This document shows positions 27,471 to 39,982 of a stretch of 64,000 nt of DNA, one piece after another. The stretch is from Lama guanicoe (taxonomy: Eukaryota). How positions within the stretch are numbered: position 1 is the stretch's first letter; every line of letters begins with the position of its first letter. The stretch covers positions 62,001 through 126,000 of the forward strand of contig MU054220.1 in NCBI GenBank assembly GCA_013239625.1. Direction: 5' to 3'. Both the position numbers and the translations under genes were made by a program. The notes below the pieces were generated by a model that was given only the letters and a program-made list of their open reading frames with translations, ran no database searches and was not told the origin of the DNA.

Positions 27471-27837
27471 CTCCTGTTTTGTGCAGAAAATACAATGAAA
27501 ACATGATTGAAAAGATACCTGCCATAAAGAAAAAAAAACAAACCTGGCAGAAACAAACACAGTTTGGTGACGTAGAGTTTAATAAATGTTTCTGCTGGGA
27601 GAGATGGGGGATTCTGTGGAACCATTAAAGGAAGCATTGAATCAACAGCAAGAAATGTTGGGATGTTGGGGAAGGAGTGACATTTAATTGAGATCTAAAA
27701 TATGAAGATCCATTTGGCTGAATTTGAATTAGACTTGGCTGTGGAACCAAAAAGAATGCAATTATATTTATTAGAAATATTATCAAGTAACATTTGCCTT
27801 TATCATAGTTTATTAAAACAATATTCCATATTGGATA

Positions 27838-28779
27838 TTAGATACAAAGTTTGCATTGATTCTTAAAGATCCTATAAAAGGCGTTTTTTACTTCTTTGTT
27901 CCTTAAGCTGTAGATGAAGGGGTTAAGCATGGGGATCACTAAAGTGTAAAACACGGAGGCCAGTTTATCAGTATGGAAGGAGTGAGCGGAATTAGGCTCC
28001 ATGTACATAAAGAGTAGAGACCCGTAGAACACAAACACCACTGTCAGATGTGAACCACACGTAGAGAAAGCTTTTTTCCTGCCCTCTGCAGAACGCATGT
28101 GAAATATGGATATCAGAATCAGTACATAGGACAGTAGGATGGCCAGGAGGGAAGAGATCAAATTAAGTGCTGAAAATAGTATGATCAACAATTCTATTTC
28201 TTGTGCATTTGAGCAGAGCATAAGTAACAAGGGGACATCATCACAGTAGAAATGACTGATGACATTAGAGCCACAAAAGGGTAAAGTAAAAATCTTAACA
28301 GTGAACATTAGAGCCTGAATGGTACCATAGAGATATGGGATGCCCACCAGCACATGACAAAATTTCCGGGACATGACAACATTGTAGCGCAGAGGGTGAC
28401 AGATGGCCAAATAGCGGTCATAGGCCATGGCTGACAAGATAAAAAATTCGCTGATAATGAACATAAGAAAGAAAGCCAACTGTGTGGCACATGCATAATA
28501 GGATATGGTATTTTGATCCACAACGAAATTTACCAGCATCTTGGGACAAATGACAGTAGAATTACCAAGATCAATGAAAGCCAGATGGTTGATAAAAAAA
28601 TACATAGGTGTGTGTAGATGAGAGTCCACTTGGGTCAAGGTAATCATGCCCAGATTGCCCACCACTGTGACTGTGTAGATGATGAGGAAGACCCCAAAAA
28701 GGGGGACCTGCAGTTCAGGCTGCCTTGTGACTCCCATCAGAATGAATTCAGTCAATGATGATAGATTCTGTTGGCCCAT
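27838..28779 (-). CDS. OR8K5: Olfactory receptor 8K5-like, 313 aa, intact
   Basis: OR motifs are present. DLGNSTVICPK, QALMFT.KIFTL and LCSNAQEIELL match recalled OR8K5. Confidence 0.92.
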   Translation of the reverse strand: MGQQNLSSLTEFILMGVTRQPELQVPLFGVFLIIYTVTVVGNLGMITLTQVDSHLHTPMYFFINHLAFIDLGNSTVICPKMLVNFVVDQNTISYYACATQLAFFLMFIISEFFILSAMAYDRYLAICHPLRYNVVMSRKFCHVLVGIPYLYGTIQALMFTVKIFTLPFCGSNVISHFYCDDVPLLLMLCSNAQEIELLIILFSALNLISSLLAILLSYVLILISIFHMRSAEGRKKAFSTCGSHLTVVFVFYGSLLFMYMEPNSAHSFHTDKLASVFYTLVIPMLNPFIYSLRNKEVKNAFYRIFKNQCKLCI

Positions 28780-29546
28780 TTAGTCCAGTTAGCTTTTCTG
28801 GGAAAAAAATAGTGGGTTTATTATTAGTTTCATGTAGCGTCACCTACACAAAGTATAATATATGTAGACAGAATGGATGTTTTCTTAGTAACAGGACATC
28901 GGAAAATAATTTCCACATCTGATTTTGAAACTAAAATAAATGATAGACTCTTACTTCCCAAGAAAGGGTAGTCAAATGAAACACATGCTCTGTTATGACA
29001 CATGAGACTCTAAAGCATCAGAAATATTTAGAACATAGCCATTGATTTAAAAAAATCCATATAGGTATTAACAGAGAAATGTTAGACTTCACTTCATCTA
29101 CACAATCATATGCCAATTTTTCTTTCGTGCACTTCCATTTTTGTCTGAGAATTCTTGTGGTGCTCTCAAATTGTACAAAAGTGTATATAAAGAGTGTAAC
29201 ACTGGAATTTTAAAATATTCAGTGATAGTGTCACCCTCTGCATTTTATAAAATTTATATAGGAAGTCAGTAAAACCAAATGGAACCACTCTGATTGAAGA
29301 TAATGAACTTGCTTTATCTTAATCTACCTGGATTCCCTTCCTTTCACATTCAGTTTCTTCTCCATGAAACTCTGGAACTCTCTAAGCATGATTTTCAGTT
29401 GGAGGAGTCATTGGAGTTCAACATACTCAAATCAGGCAAATGCAGGATAGAATTATTATAATGTAATAGAATGCTCAGCTCTAGCATGCCCAGTCCAAAT
29501 GGGCCAAGGCAGAAACTCCTCCCTATCAGGTGAAAATTCTGTGAGT

Positions 29547-30020
29547 TGTTGAACAAAAAATTAATCAGTTGATCTAAGAAAGAAATGGCGGATTTTATTC
29601 TAATGAAATTGAGGATTATAATCCAGGAACAGCCTCTTAGTAAGCTCTGAAAACTGTTCTACCTATTAAAGGTCAAAACATAGTTACATAAGTTTTTGAA
29701 ACAGAGGGCTGTGCATCAAGTGACGTATTTTGACAGTTAACACAATCCAGCTCTACCTGTACAAGGTGAGTAGTGGGTCATGGGTCATCGTGGTCCCTGA
29801 CAAGACTGAAAAGGAAAGCTCTCTCCTAAGGAGTTACCTCATTGATAGAACCTTGCTCTTTGTGGTTGAGCTGATGGGTTTTTCTGCTGATGGGGGCGGT
29901 TTGGTACATAATGCAGGCACGCAATGCACAGCAGAGGGGAGAAGAGCTTAAAAGGCAGAGGAAAATTTTTATGTTTAAAGTTCTTTGACTTGCCTTAGAG
30001 TATAAATTTTTATTTCATCA
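29547..30020 (-). mobile_element. ERV1-type solo LTR A
   Basis: TG...CA, 474 bp, flanked by GAGT and GAGC. Shares the cagcctct...gctctga..actg.tc motif with the 13577 and 58411 LTRs. Confidence 0.75.
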
Positions 30021-30024
30021 GAGC

Positions 30025-30584
30025 TGTCAGGGAGGAAGAAATTTTCCTCTACCCTTCTTTTGGCTGGTCTAACAATTAAATTGCTGTGAGACAGATTAAT
30101 AGGAGAAAATCAAATAAAATTTATATAATGTGTATACACGAGAGAGACCCAGGAAATTTGAGTAACTCGCCCAAATGACTGAAGTCCTCACTTTAAATAT
30201 CATCTTCAGCTAAAGACAGAAGAGGATGTTGAGGGTAGTGGTTTGAGATTTCAAAGGTGAGGGAGGCAATTCATGTGGAGATGGAAAAGCAAGTTTTTGG
30301 TAAACAGATATTTGCTGGGCCAAGCACAGACAATGGTAGGCAGCGTGAACACTGATCTCATCTTGATGCACTGCCTGAGTTTCCCTCACCACATTAGGCA
30401 ACTGTCTCTGTAGCTGCCACTGGTGATAGTTCTATTCTGGGAACAAGCCATTTATCTAATTACTTGGGGATAAGGGAGAAATTCGATGTTTCTTCCTGAA
30501 TCTTTTGGGCCTTGGTGGTTTTCAGGTGGAAATAATCCACATGCCAAAGAAACTTTTGGTGGAGGGGGTAGTTGCTCCCCTACA
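30025..30584 (-). mobile_element. ERV1-type solo LTR B
   Basis: TG...CA, 560 bp, flanked by GAGC and GAGT. Contains catcttcagctaaagaca and aataatccacatgccaaaga...cccctaca. Confidence 0.7.
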
Positions 30585-32859
30585 GAGTCCAGCAAAATGT
30601 CACCTGGAGTATGAAGCCACCCAGCGGCACTTGGCAGGACTCTAGATATCACTCATTTTTAGTGTGGATTTAGCCAGTTTGATCCAAGGAATAGGAATGA
30701 AGGAGGAAGGCAATAGTGAATATCACTGAGCCATTTCTCTATTTTTCCTGGATGATTCTGTCTGTCGTTTCTCCGTTGAGTCCCATTCTGCTTACAGGAT
30801 TTTTGTTTTGCTTTTTTTTTTTTTTTACCATTTTACAAATAATAGTCAAGTGTTTCAGGACCTTCTATTAAGGTTTTCCTGCAGAATGAGAGACACACTG
30901 AGTTACGCAAAGGAATTCAAAATTCCAGTCCCGATCTTACCATTCTGAAGTTTTCAGTGTTGCTAAGAATGATTCTAGTATTTACTGAGTTTGTCTCCAT
31001 TTCCAGTGTCAGTTATTACTTCCCTCTGAAGATGTCTTGATTCTTTGGGCTTGCCCATTCTAGCAAGAGAATGTGCTAAGTGAAAAACACAGTATTGCTA
31101 ACTATACACAATGTCGTACAGCAGATCTCTGATACTGTTCATCTTGCATAATTGAAATTTCATATCTGTTGATTAGCAATTCCCCATATGATCCAGCAAT
31201 CTCATTTCTGGGCATTTATGGAAAAGCATTGCCATCAGGATATTAAAGTGATATTAATACCTTGCCCAATCTTCTTATTTGGGAAAGGATATCTCTGGTC
31301 ATGTTTGGACATGTTGATGCAACATTTTATATACTTCCATTTAGGGCTAACCATTAGCGCAGGCAGGATACAAAAAGGAAGCAAAAGGATGACTGCTTTT
31401 CCATCCTCAGACCTGATGATAGCAGTTTGGAATTATTTGGGTTTCAGGGCTTTCTCCATAACTCTTAAATAATTCTGTTTATTTGCCAGTCTACTAACTC
31501 AGTTTGTAAAGCCTGTTCTGAAAAAACAATTAACCAAAGGGAAAGCAACCAGTAGGGAAAATAAGCAGACAACTAAAAAAATCTATATATTCATGCATGG
31601 GAGGTTATCCTTATATAGAAGGACTTATATCCTTAAATTCAAATTATGTTCATTTAAAAATATTGCAAAATTTTATAAAATATTATAACATAGTGCATAT
31701 TTTAACATATTATGTTTCAAACATTGCATTGGATGTGTTTATAGAAAACTATACTTACCAAATATTATATAGGACATATACTAAGAAAAAAAGTTTAATC
31801 TGAAATTCAGATGTGACTGGGCATCCTGTATTTTATCTAGAAATCCTAACCTTAATAGATTCTAATAGATGAGATCAGTGATGATTTTTTCAGATATTTC
31901 CAACTTCTTCATTTGTAATATCCAAATGCACTTTCAACATTCCGAAATCAAATGGATGTATGACATCTAGTAAATTCATAGGATTTAAAGTCCTAAAATT
32001 ACTGTATTACTCCAGTCAAAAAGAGAGATGCTGATTTTTTGTGGTGTAAAGTATCAGCTGTCACCGACCATAAGAGTGTCAATGGTCAGCAGCTAGAATC
32101 CATGGGAAATAACCAACACCCGGGTGATAATCAAAGTCGACCTTCCTATCTACTCACCTTTAATGAAGTATTGGATTTTCTCCAAAATTACATTGACTTT
32201 TTCTCTGGGTAGGGAGAATATATGCCTTTCCTCTCTCTTTGTGATGATGCCTGAGGAAATAGCATATAATTTATTCAGATGATTAAGCCCAAATTATCTC
32301 AGTGATTTTTTTTTAAATTGCCTGAGGTGCTTACTAATTATCCAGGCCATCCTATATATTCCCTAGTGAAAAAAACGTAACAAGCAATTTAAGGAAAGGA
32401 ACAAAATAAGATAAATGATCTGTACAGTTTATGGAGACCTACATAAATGCACTCACTCCCATGCAGAGTCGATGATTAAAGTAACAATGGAAAATACTTT
32501 GACATCAGCTTTATCCTAGTAAAACTGGAACAGTTCAAAATTCATGATACATTTTATGTGACATTATCATCATCACATAAGATTTTTTCTTTGAATTTAT
32601 TATTCATATAAAACTATGTAGTAGGCACTACGTTAAAGATATATAAAGAAATTAAAACCTCGTCTTTAAATGAGTGCTATACCTGCCTTGTCCTTTCCTA
32701 CGGTAAACCCACAACGATTGTTGCAATGCCATGTGTTACTCTAATGATTGCCTCAACTGTAGTGTTTCTTGAGCTGAAATCCCACCACTCTTGGGTAACG
32801 TTCAGTACAACCTCATTAAGAATAAAATCTAATATAAGATACTACTTTCCTTCTCGTAA

Positions 32860-35800
32860 CATTTCACTCATGCCCTCTTTCTCTATAACTTCCATATGTA
32901 CAAGAATTGAGGGAAATTCACATACAGCTAAAGATGGATACGTTTTGAAGAATAATTTATTTGTTCCTTATACCTAAATCAAGATACAGAACATTTTCAA
33001 CACCAAAGACATCTCCCTGTTGCTTTATACCCCCCACAACCTAGACCACGCCCATCAGGAGGAAATTTTCCTTATCTCTTGACTCCCCAAATAATATTGT
33101 CCCACCTCCAGCAACTGCAGCTCTGGTTTCTATCCCTAAACTTATTTTTCCCATATCTGAATTTCATATAAGTCGATTCACACAATACATACTTTCAATC
33201 TGGTTTCTTTCATTCAGTATAATGAGTTTGAAATTCATCTCTGTTGTGTTCTTATGGATACACGGTCCACTGTGTGCATATGCCACGATTCCTTATTCTC
33301 CTATTGATGGATATTGGAGTTTTGATTTATTATAAAAAGCCTAGTGTAAACACTCCTATATAAGTTTATTTGTGGACAGGTGGATTAGTTTCTCTTTGTT
33401 AGATCGAAATGAAATTATTTTATCATAAGGTAAGTGTATATTTAAGTTTATAGAAAACTTCAAGCTTTCCAAACTTATTGTAGCATTTTACATCACCAAC
33501 AAATATATATGTGATGTCCATTTTCTCCATATCTTTGCCAATATTTGATGTAGAATTTTTTTTATTTTGACATGGAAACTGGGGGAAATTATTTCATTGT
33601 GATTTTAATTTTCATTTACTTGATGGCTAAAGATAATGAACACTTTCCTTTGTACCCATGGGTCATTCATCTAGCTTCTTTTAAACTTTTGCCCATTTTA
33701 ATGTGATTGTTTTTCAATCAGTTTTTTTTGGAAATTTTATATGTGTGCTGGATAAAACAGCTCTTCCAAATTTTCTTCTAGATGTTTTATTGCTTCAGTT
33801 GTTTGGCCCAGGATCCTGCAGTGATACAAAGCAGAGTTGTGCTACCACTAGGGGGGGCAGAAAACTCTCTCCCATCTGAGCGCTCCACATATACAAACAG
33901 ATGTGGGCAAGGGGGCAGAGTAGGTAGGAGAAGCCATAAAGTTAGTGAAGCCCCAGCCCACGGTGCACAGACTCTCTGATGACTGAGAAGGTAGCAGAAC
34001 CAAGAACCACTCTCTGTCATCACTTTAAGGGTTGATGTCATTTTCTTGTACATTTGTGTGTCAAGGAATTTTGGATTCTATCTTGGACATTGTAATAACA
34101 TGCTACAAAGATGTCTGAATATTGTTATATCCTTCTTACGAGGGTTGATTTTCTTTTTTCTTTTTCTTTTATATTTTATCAGAAAATTAACATGGTTTGA
34201 CTCAAACTACAAGTCCTGTCTCCTAGGTGGTGTTACAAATGTTACTTCATATCTTTAGCTCTGTCTGGCATACTGGGATCTGCTCCACACTTCCACGGCT
34301 CAGGGTCAGTTAACTTGGCACACAGAGTATGAATCTAACATTCCCTGGCTTTCCCCTTCCTGGAATTCATCCTTTATTTTCCTTTGACTGTGTTTGTCCC
34401 CATTCTGGCTCTCCGTTCTTTAGCTCAGAAAGGCAGTGTGTTATATACAAGTTTCCCATTTGGAGTGGATCAAGGCCTTTCTCAAAATAGAATTTGTAAA
34501 ATGAGAAAATCACTGGTTCCATTCGTATCTAATGCCTTTCAGACTCTGCCTGATTTTCTGTCTCCGGTGATTTCAGGCTTGTTTTGTTTTGTATTTTCTA
34601 AGATATTAGTTTTTTAACTGTGAGGTGGCATGTCTTAGCAAAGCTTACTTGGTCATTACCAGGAACAAATAAGGAAAATGTATATTTCTTTGAGTTTCTA
34701 AATTACATTTTTGCCGGATATAGAATTATTGTTTGATATTTTTCCAGTGTTTTAAAGAGGTTGCTCAATTTTCTTCTGCTTCCCATTATTTGTGTCACAA
34801 AGTCTGTGTTCATTCTTATCTTTTTTTTTTCCCTGTGTGTATTATTTTTAGGTCTTTCAAGTGTCTACACTTTTAATGCTTTCTATTTAATCTCTTGGTA
34901 CTTAAGTGTGGATAGTTTCTATTGTCTTATGTCAAATTCACTAATTTATTTCTGTAATGTCTAATCTGCCTTTAACAAATACACAATAAAATATTCATAT
35001 CTGATATGATATTCTGCCCTAGTCACTCAATTTGGTTTTCTATCATGATTCTTCTCTTTTTAATGTTCATGTTTGCTTTCGAATTCTTAGAAATGTTTAT
35101 TACTGTTTTAAAGTTCTTATCTGCCAATTCTATCATCTCTGGTTTTCCTGAGTCCAGATATGATGATTTATTTTTCATAATGTTAATATTTCTTAATGTT
35201 TCATAATGTCAATGGTTATGCATAACATATTCCTTCTTCTTCAACATGCATATAAATATTTCTTTGGATGTTGGACATTGTGAACATTTTTCAGTTGAGT
35301 CCAGAATTTTAAATCTTTCTTCAGTGTTGAGCTTTGTTTTGGCAGGAAATTTATTTACTTGCAAGTCTGCCTAATCCTTTTGTGAGCTAATGTGGAGTTT
35401 TGTTAGAGTGGAGTACAGTGCATCCTTTCCTCTGGGGTCAGTTCTCTCTTCTGTTGTCTCCACTGAAAGCCCTAGAGATTCAGTGAGATTCCTCACTAAG
35501 ATTTGACAGAACTTGAATGTGTCCCAACCCTGTGTAAACTGATGGTTTTCATCATGCAGATCCCTGGTGGCTTCTTTTTCCCTGGTAGCTGTTATGATCT
35601 AGCGTTATGGAATCTCACCTTAATAAGTAGATATAGTTTAGAATTCAACCAGCGTCTCACGTTGATATGTGATCACTTCGTCAGCTTGGGTGTCTCCACT
35701 CCAGTACCCAGTTCCACGTATTCCAGGCACCTTATCCCTTCCTGATCTGATTTTGTGTCTTTATCTTGACATGATTATTGTGTTCTCCATGTACCCACCA

Positions 35801-35930
35801 TCACTCCATGTCAGGGACAGTAATCATGTCCCTTCTCTCACAAGTCCTGGTTTTATGCGGACAGACATCTAATATATGAAAACTTCTGTTACATGCCTTC
35901 CTCTAATTTTCCAGTTGTTTTCAGCAGCAG
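32860..35930 (-). mobile_element. Mosaic of old antisense L1 fragments
   Basis: aagatacagaacatttt, ctggtttctttcattcagtataatg, tgattttaattttcattt, ggatatagaatt and gatgttggacattgtgaa. Boundaries are approximate. Confidence 0.65.
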
Positions 35931-37339
35931 ATTTATTAAAATTCAACATTCCAGGCACCAAGACTGACAAAAGCCCTCATGAAATGCATACTACCAGTTT
36001 CCCTACCAGTCTAATTTGAGCATCTTTCCCATTTTTCCCTATAGTGATGATCCATGTTTTCCCCATGATTTATAAAAGCCTATTTCCTGTTTTAGTAATG
36101 GATTTCTAGATAATCTAAGTGCCTTTGGAAGTATAGTTATTATTCAATCTTTCTAAAAATGAAGATTTGATCATTCTGGTAACCCCCTCGTCTCTGTTGT
36201 GTAACATGATGCCTAGAGTGTGGCATCCTTCGGTAAATATTAGTTTGATGAATGTAAGCCTTGAATTTAAACATTTCTAGTATTCTTTCCAACTTACTCT
36301 ACACAGTAAACTGAAATTAGAGATAAGCGACCTAACCATCAGAACTTGTGTTTGTGTGTGTTGTGTGTGCGTGTTGTTTTTAAAGAGTCTTTAAAAGTAA
36401 TAGCATTTTCAGGTTCCTTATCTTGAACATCTGCATAAAGACAGAATTTGTAACAAACCTAGCAATGTCTAACCACTTATCGCTTAGGTCATTTTCTGTT
36501 CTATGGAGCAAATTCTTCTCAATTATTGTTCCTATTATATTTTACTGAATTCAAGAATCCCCTCCCCCTAGCTTGATTTTTTTTAAATTCTTTATAGCAT
36601 TTTAGTTAATTACAGACTTTAGGGAGATTTATGAGTCATGGGAAAATGTAAGGTCCCTTAAGGACAGGGCCTCCCAAGGTTTCATGAATTGCTCTATAAG
36701 ATTTAATCTGTAAGAGCTCATTAGAGGCTGATGTAAAATGTATATGTGTATACAGTTCTCCCTTCTATCCAAATTTGTCCTCTTGGAGGAAAAAACAATA
36801 TGTTAAGACTTTATTTGTTGGTTCAGTATTCTGCTTGTTGTGTATTAATAGTAAAGATTTACCTTCAATCCTTTTACCTACAGGTGTCTTCAGTTACATA
36901 CTGTTAATACATTATTTTTGTTACAAGTAAGAAAACATGGAAAAGGACATGACGTTTCTAGAGCTGAAATTTTAAAATATTTTCTTTTGGTAAGTTAAAC
37001 TTATTTTATAAAAACTGATCTTTTTCTTTTCTTTTTAAAATTTCCTTATTATCCGAAAGTTTGTTTTAAATCAGATAGAATCATGAATGTTTACAATATT
37101 TAATCCAATTCCATTCTATCCATGCCACCTCTGTCATTCAGTTCTGTTCACAATACCACCTTAATTTTGCAGGAGATGGGCATCCCTGAACAAGGAATAT
37201 AATTTAGTTTCTAAATTCTATGTGGAAATCCCATCTCCTTAATTATGCGTCCAATGAACACTATTCACAGTATATAATCCTTTCTTTGAGAAGATTTTAT
37301 TTAATCGGTACTCTAAAAACATGAGTCAGAGAGCTATAG

Positions 37340-37535
37340 GGGAGCACTCTAACCAACACACGTATTCCCGCAGTGATGGAAATGTTCTGTAATTAGTGCC
37401 ATTCAATGCAGTGGCTACTAGCTGCAAATGGCTATTGGACACTTGAATTCGGGATTAATTCAAACAGCAGAAATTTCCTCTAGTTCTATTTAAATATTCA
37501 CATAAAGTTACTAGCTAGTGTTTTGGACAGTTCAG
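37340..37535. mobile_element. MER3-like hAT-Charlie element
   Basis: gtgatggaaatgttctgta...ctactagctgcaaatggctattggacacttgaa...ttggacag. Confidence 0.7.
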
Positions 37536-38866
37536 GTGTCATGGACTAATGTTATATTTGGTTTTGAAATTCCTGGATTTAATATTATTGCTGAAAGAAC
37601 TAACACATTTTGGCAAGTATTTTGGTAGTGGCTAAGAAGCATATGAGAAATTGTGTGATGTAGTGTAATTATGCTCTGTCTGAGAGAATATAAATTACTT
37701 TACCAAAGTCAATAAATCAATAAATGACAGAAACATATTTTAAAAGCAGTTTGGGCTAATGCCAACCACTTCCCTTTTGTGGCAACTGAAGTATTTTAAT
37801 CAATATAAATCAATAGAATTGACATAGATAATTCATTATATTTATATCTTTATTCCTAAAAATGCACTTAAGTATATTAATTAAAATGAATCAATAGAAT
37901 TGATGTAGATAAACCAAATCTTATCATTGTGTTTATATCTTTAGTCCTAAAAATATACTTAATCTTGACTAAATATAGAATATGGGAGAGCTCTATTCTA
38001 TTTTGGATATATATATTTTCTTAAAAAAGCAGGATATATTAGAACAAAAATTCTAAGTAGCAAAAACTATTTAATGAATGGAAACTGGATTTAGAAAACC
38101 ATAACAGTTTGTATATATGTATGTATATATATATATAATTATATAAAGGATACGAAAAAGTATTCCAGACCAATAGGTAATTGTGGTTATCTACATGTTA
38201 AATTTTATCTCATCTATGTATGTGTGTATGTGGGTATATACATATATATATTTATATATGCATAACTATAATTGATAATTAAATAATTAAATATAGAAAA
38301 TATTAGGCATATCATTTTTATAGAAATTTATATATAACAACACATAAATAAGTATATAAGCATAATATGCATAAGAAAAAAAATCAGCATATAATTTATG
38401 ATGTCTTCTAACTGCTCCATGCAGGCAAGATGTAGTTCTCTGTGCTCTGGGTCTCGCAGTTGAGTGAGTCCACTGATGATCTCCTTCCATGGTGCTGATA
38501 AGGAGGCATCAGAAGGGGCCAGAGATTTAGGCACTTTTAAGAGGATCATGACATCATCTTTGGTGGTCAGAATCCCGTCTCATAGTCTTAGTCTATCTCT
38601 GCTTATATCATAGTGCTTTTGTGGATTAGTTACATAGGTAATAGCAGAGCTCATTTGAGATCTTCTTGTAATTCGCTTCTTTTATATCTAAAAATGAGGA
38701 GTTTTAAAGAAGGCTTAAATTAAATTTTGTAAATTTTCACTTGTCATCAATGTCCTTCATGCCAGGTGTCATTTTCTTATAGAGGCAGGCACTTTGGAGA
38801 CAAAATTAAATTTGTGAGAGCCAAAATGCATTTTCATCATTTTCTTACAGAATAGAACTACACGTA

Positions 38867-38901
38867 ACACACACACACACACGCACACACACACACACAC
38901 A
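38867..38901. repeat. (CA)n microsatellite
   Basis: Seen directly. Confidence 0.95.
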
Positions 38902-39043
38902 AATCAAAGCAATCTAATCAAGCTCCAAGGACAGAATCCTATAATGTTTCTGTTATCTCTGAATAATAAATATCAGATTCTCCTGTGTCCGTTCTAACTC
39001 GCATATATTTTTCACCTCAGACTTCAAGATAAAGAATTAACCA

Positions 39044-39982
39044 ATGGCTGAAGAGAATTTTACGGTTGTCACTGAATTTATTCTTTTGGGACTGACAGAC
39101 CGGGCTGAGCTGAAAGTTGTGCTTTTTGTGTTGTTCCTGGTGGTTTATGCTGTTACTTTGGTGGGGAACCTGGGCATGATCTTCTTAATCCAAATCAGTC
39201 CCAGGCTCCACACTCCCATGTACTTTTTCCTCAGCTGCCTTTCACTTGTGGATGCCTGCTACTCATCTGTTATCGCACCAAAAATGCTCACCAGCTTCTT
39301 GGTTGTGAGGGAAACCATCTCGTTCTCTGCCTGCCTAGTGCAGCATTTGTTTTTTGGGGTGTTCATCACCACAGAAGGCTTCCTGCTGTCGGTGATGGCA
39401 TACGACCGTTATGTGGCCATTGTCAACCCTTTGCTTTACAAGATAGCCATGTCTAAGAGGACATGTGTAGGGCTGGTCACTGGATCATTCACTGGTGGAA
39501 TGATTAACTCACTGACACACACCATAAGCTTAGGGAGACTGTCCTTCTGTGGCTCCAACGTTGTTGGTCACTTCTTCTGTGATGTTCCCCCACTGCTAAA
39601 GCTGTCTTGTTCTGATACCTCCATGAATGAGCTGCTGCTATTAACCTTCACTGGAGTCATCGCCATGGCCACCTTCTTGACTGTGATCGTTTCCTACATG
39701 TTCATTGCTGTTGCTATTCTGAAGATCCGCTCAGCAGCAGGCAGACAGAAAGCATTCTCCACCTGTGCCTCTCATCTGACTGCTGTGACCATATTCTATG
39801 GTACCATAAGCTTTAATTACATTCAGCCAAATTCCCAGTATTCTGTAGAACAGGAGAAGGTGGTGTCTGTGTTCTACACACTAGTGATTCCCATGTTAAA
39901 CCCACTGATTTACAGTCTGAGAAACAAAGAGGTGAAGGATGCTGTGAGAAGAGCCATAGAAATGAAACATTCCCCCTGTTAA
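39044..39982 (+). CDS. Olfactory receptor 5J-like, 312 aa, intact
   Basis: OR motifs are present. [34 protein letters not shown] and RAIEMKH are OR5J signatures. A splice acceptor (ttttcacctcag) lies just upstream of the ATG. Confidence 0.93.
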   Translation: MAEENFTVVTEFILLGLTDRAELKVVLFVLFLVVYAVTLVGNLGMIFLIQISPRLHTPMYFFLSCLSLVDACYSSVIAPKMLTSFLVVRETISFSACLVQHLFFGVFITTEGFLLSVMAYDRYVAIVNPLLYKIAMSKRTCVGLVTGSFTGGMINSLTHTISLGRLSFCGSNVVGHFFCDVPPLLKLSCSDTSMNELLLLTFTGVIAMATFLTVIVSYMFIAVAILKIRSAAGRQKAFSTCASHLTAVTIFYGTISFNYIQPNSQYSVEQEKVVSVFYTLVIPMLNPLIYSLRNKEVKDAVRRAIEMKHSPC

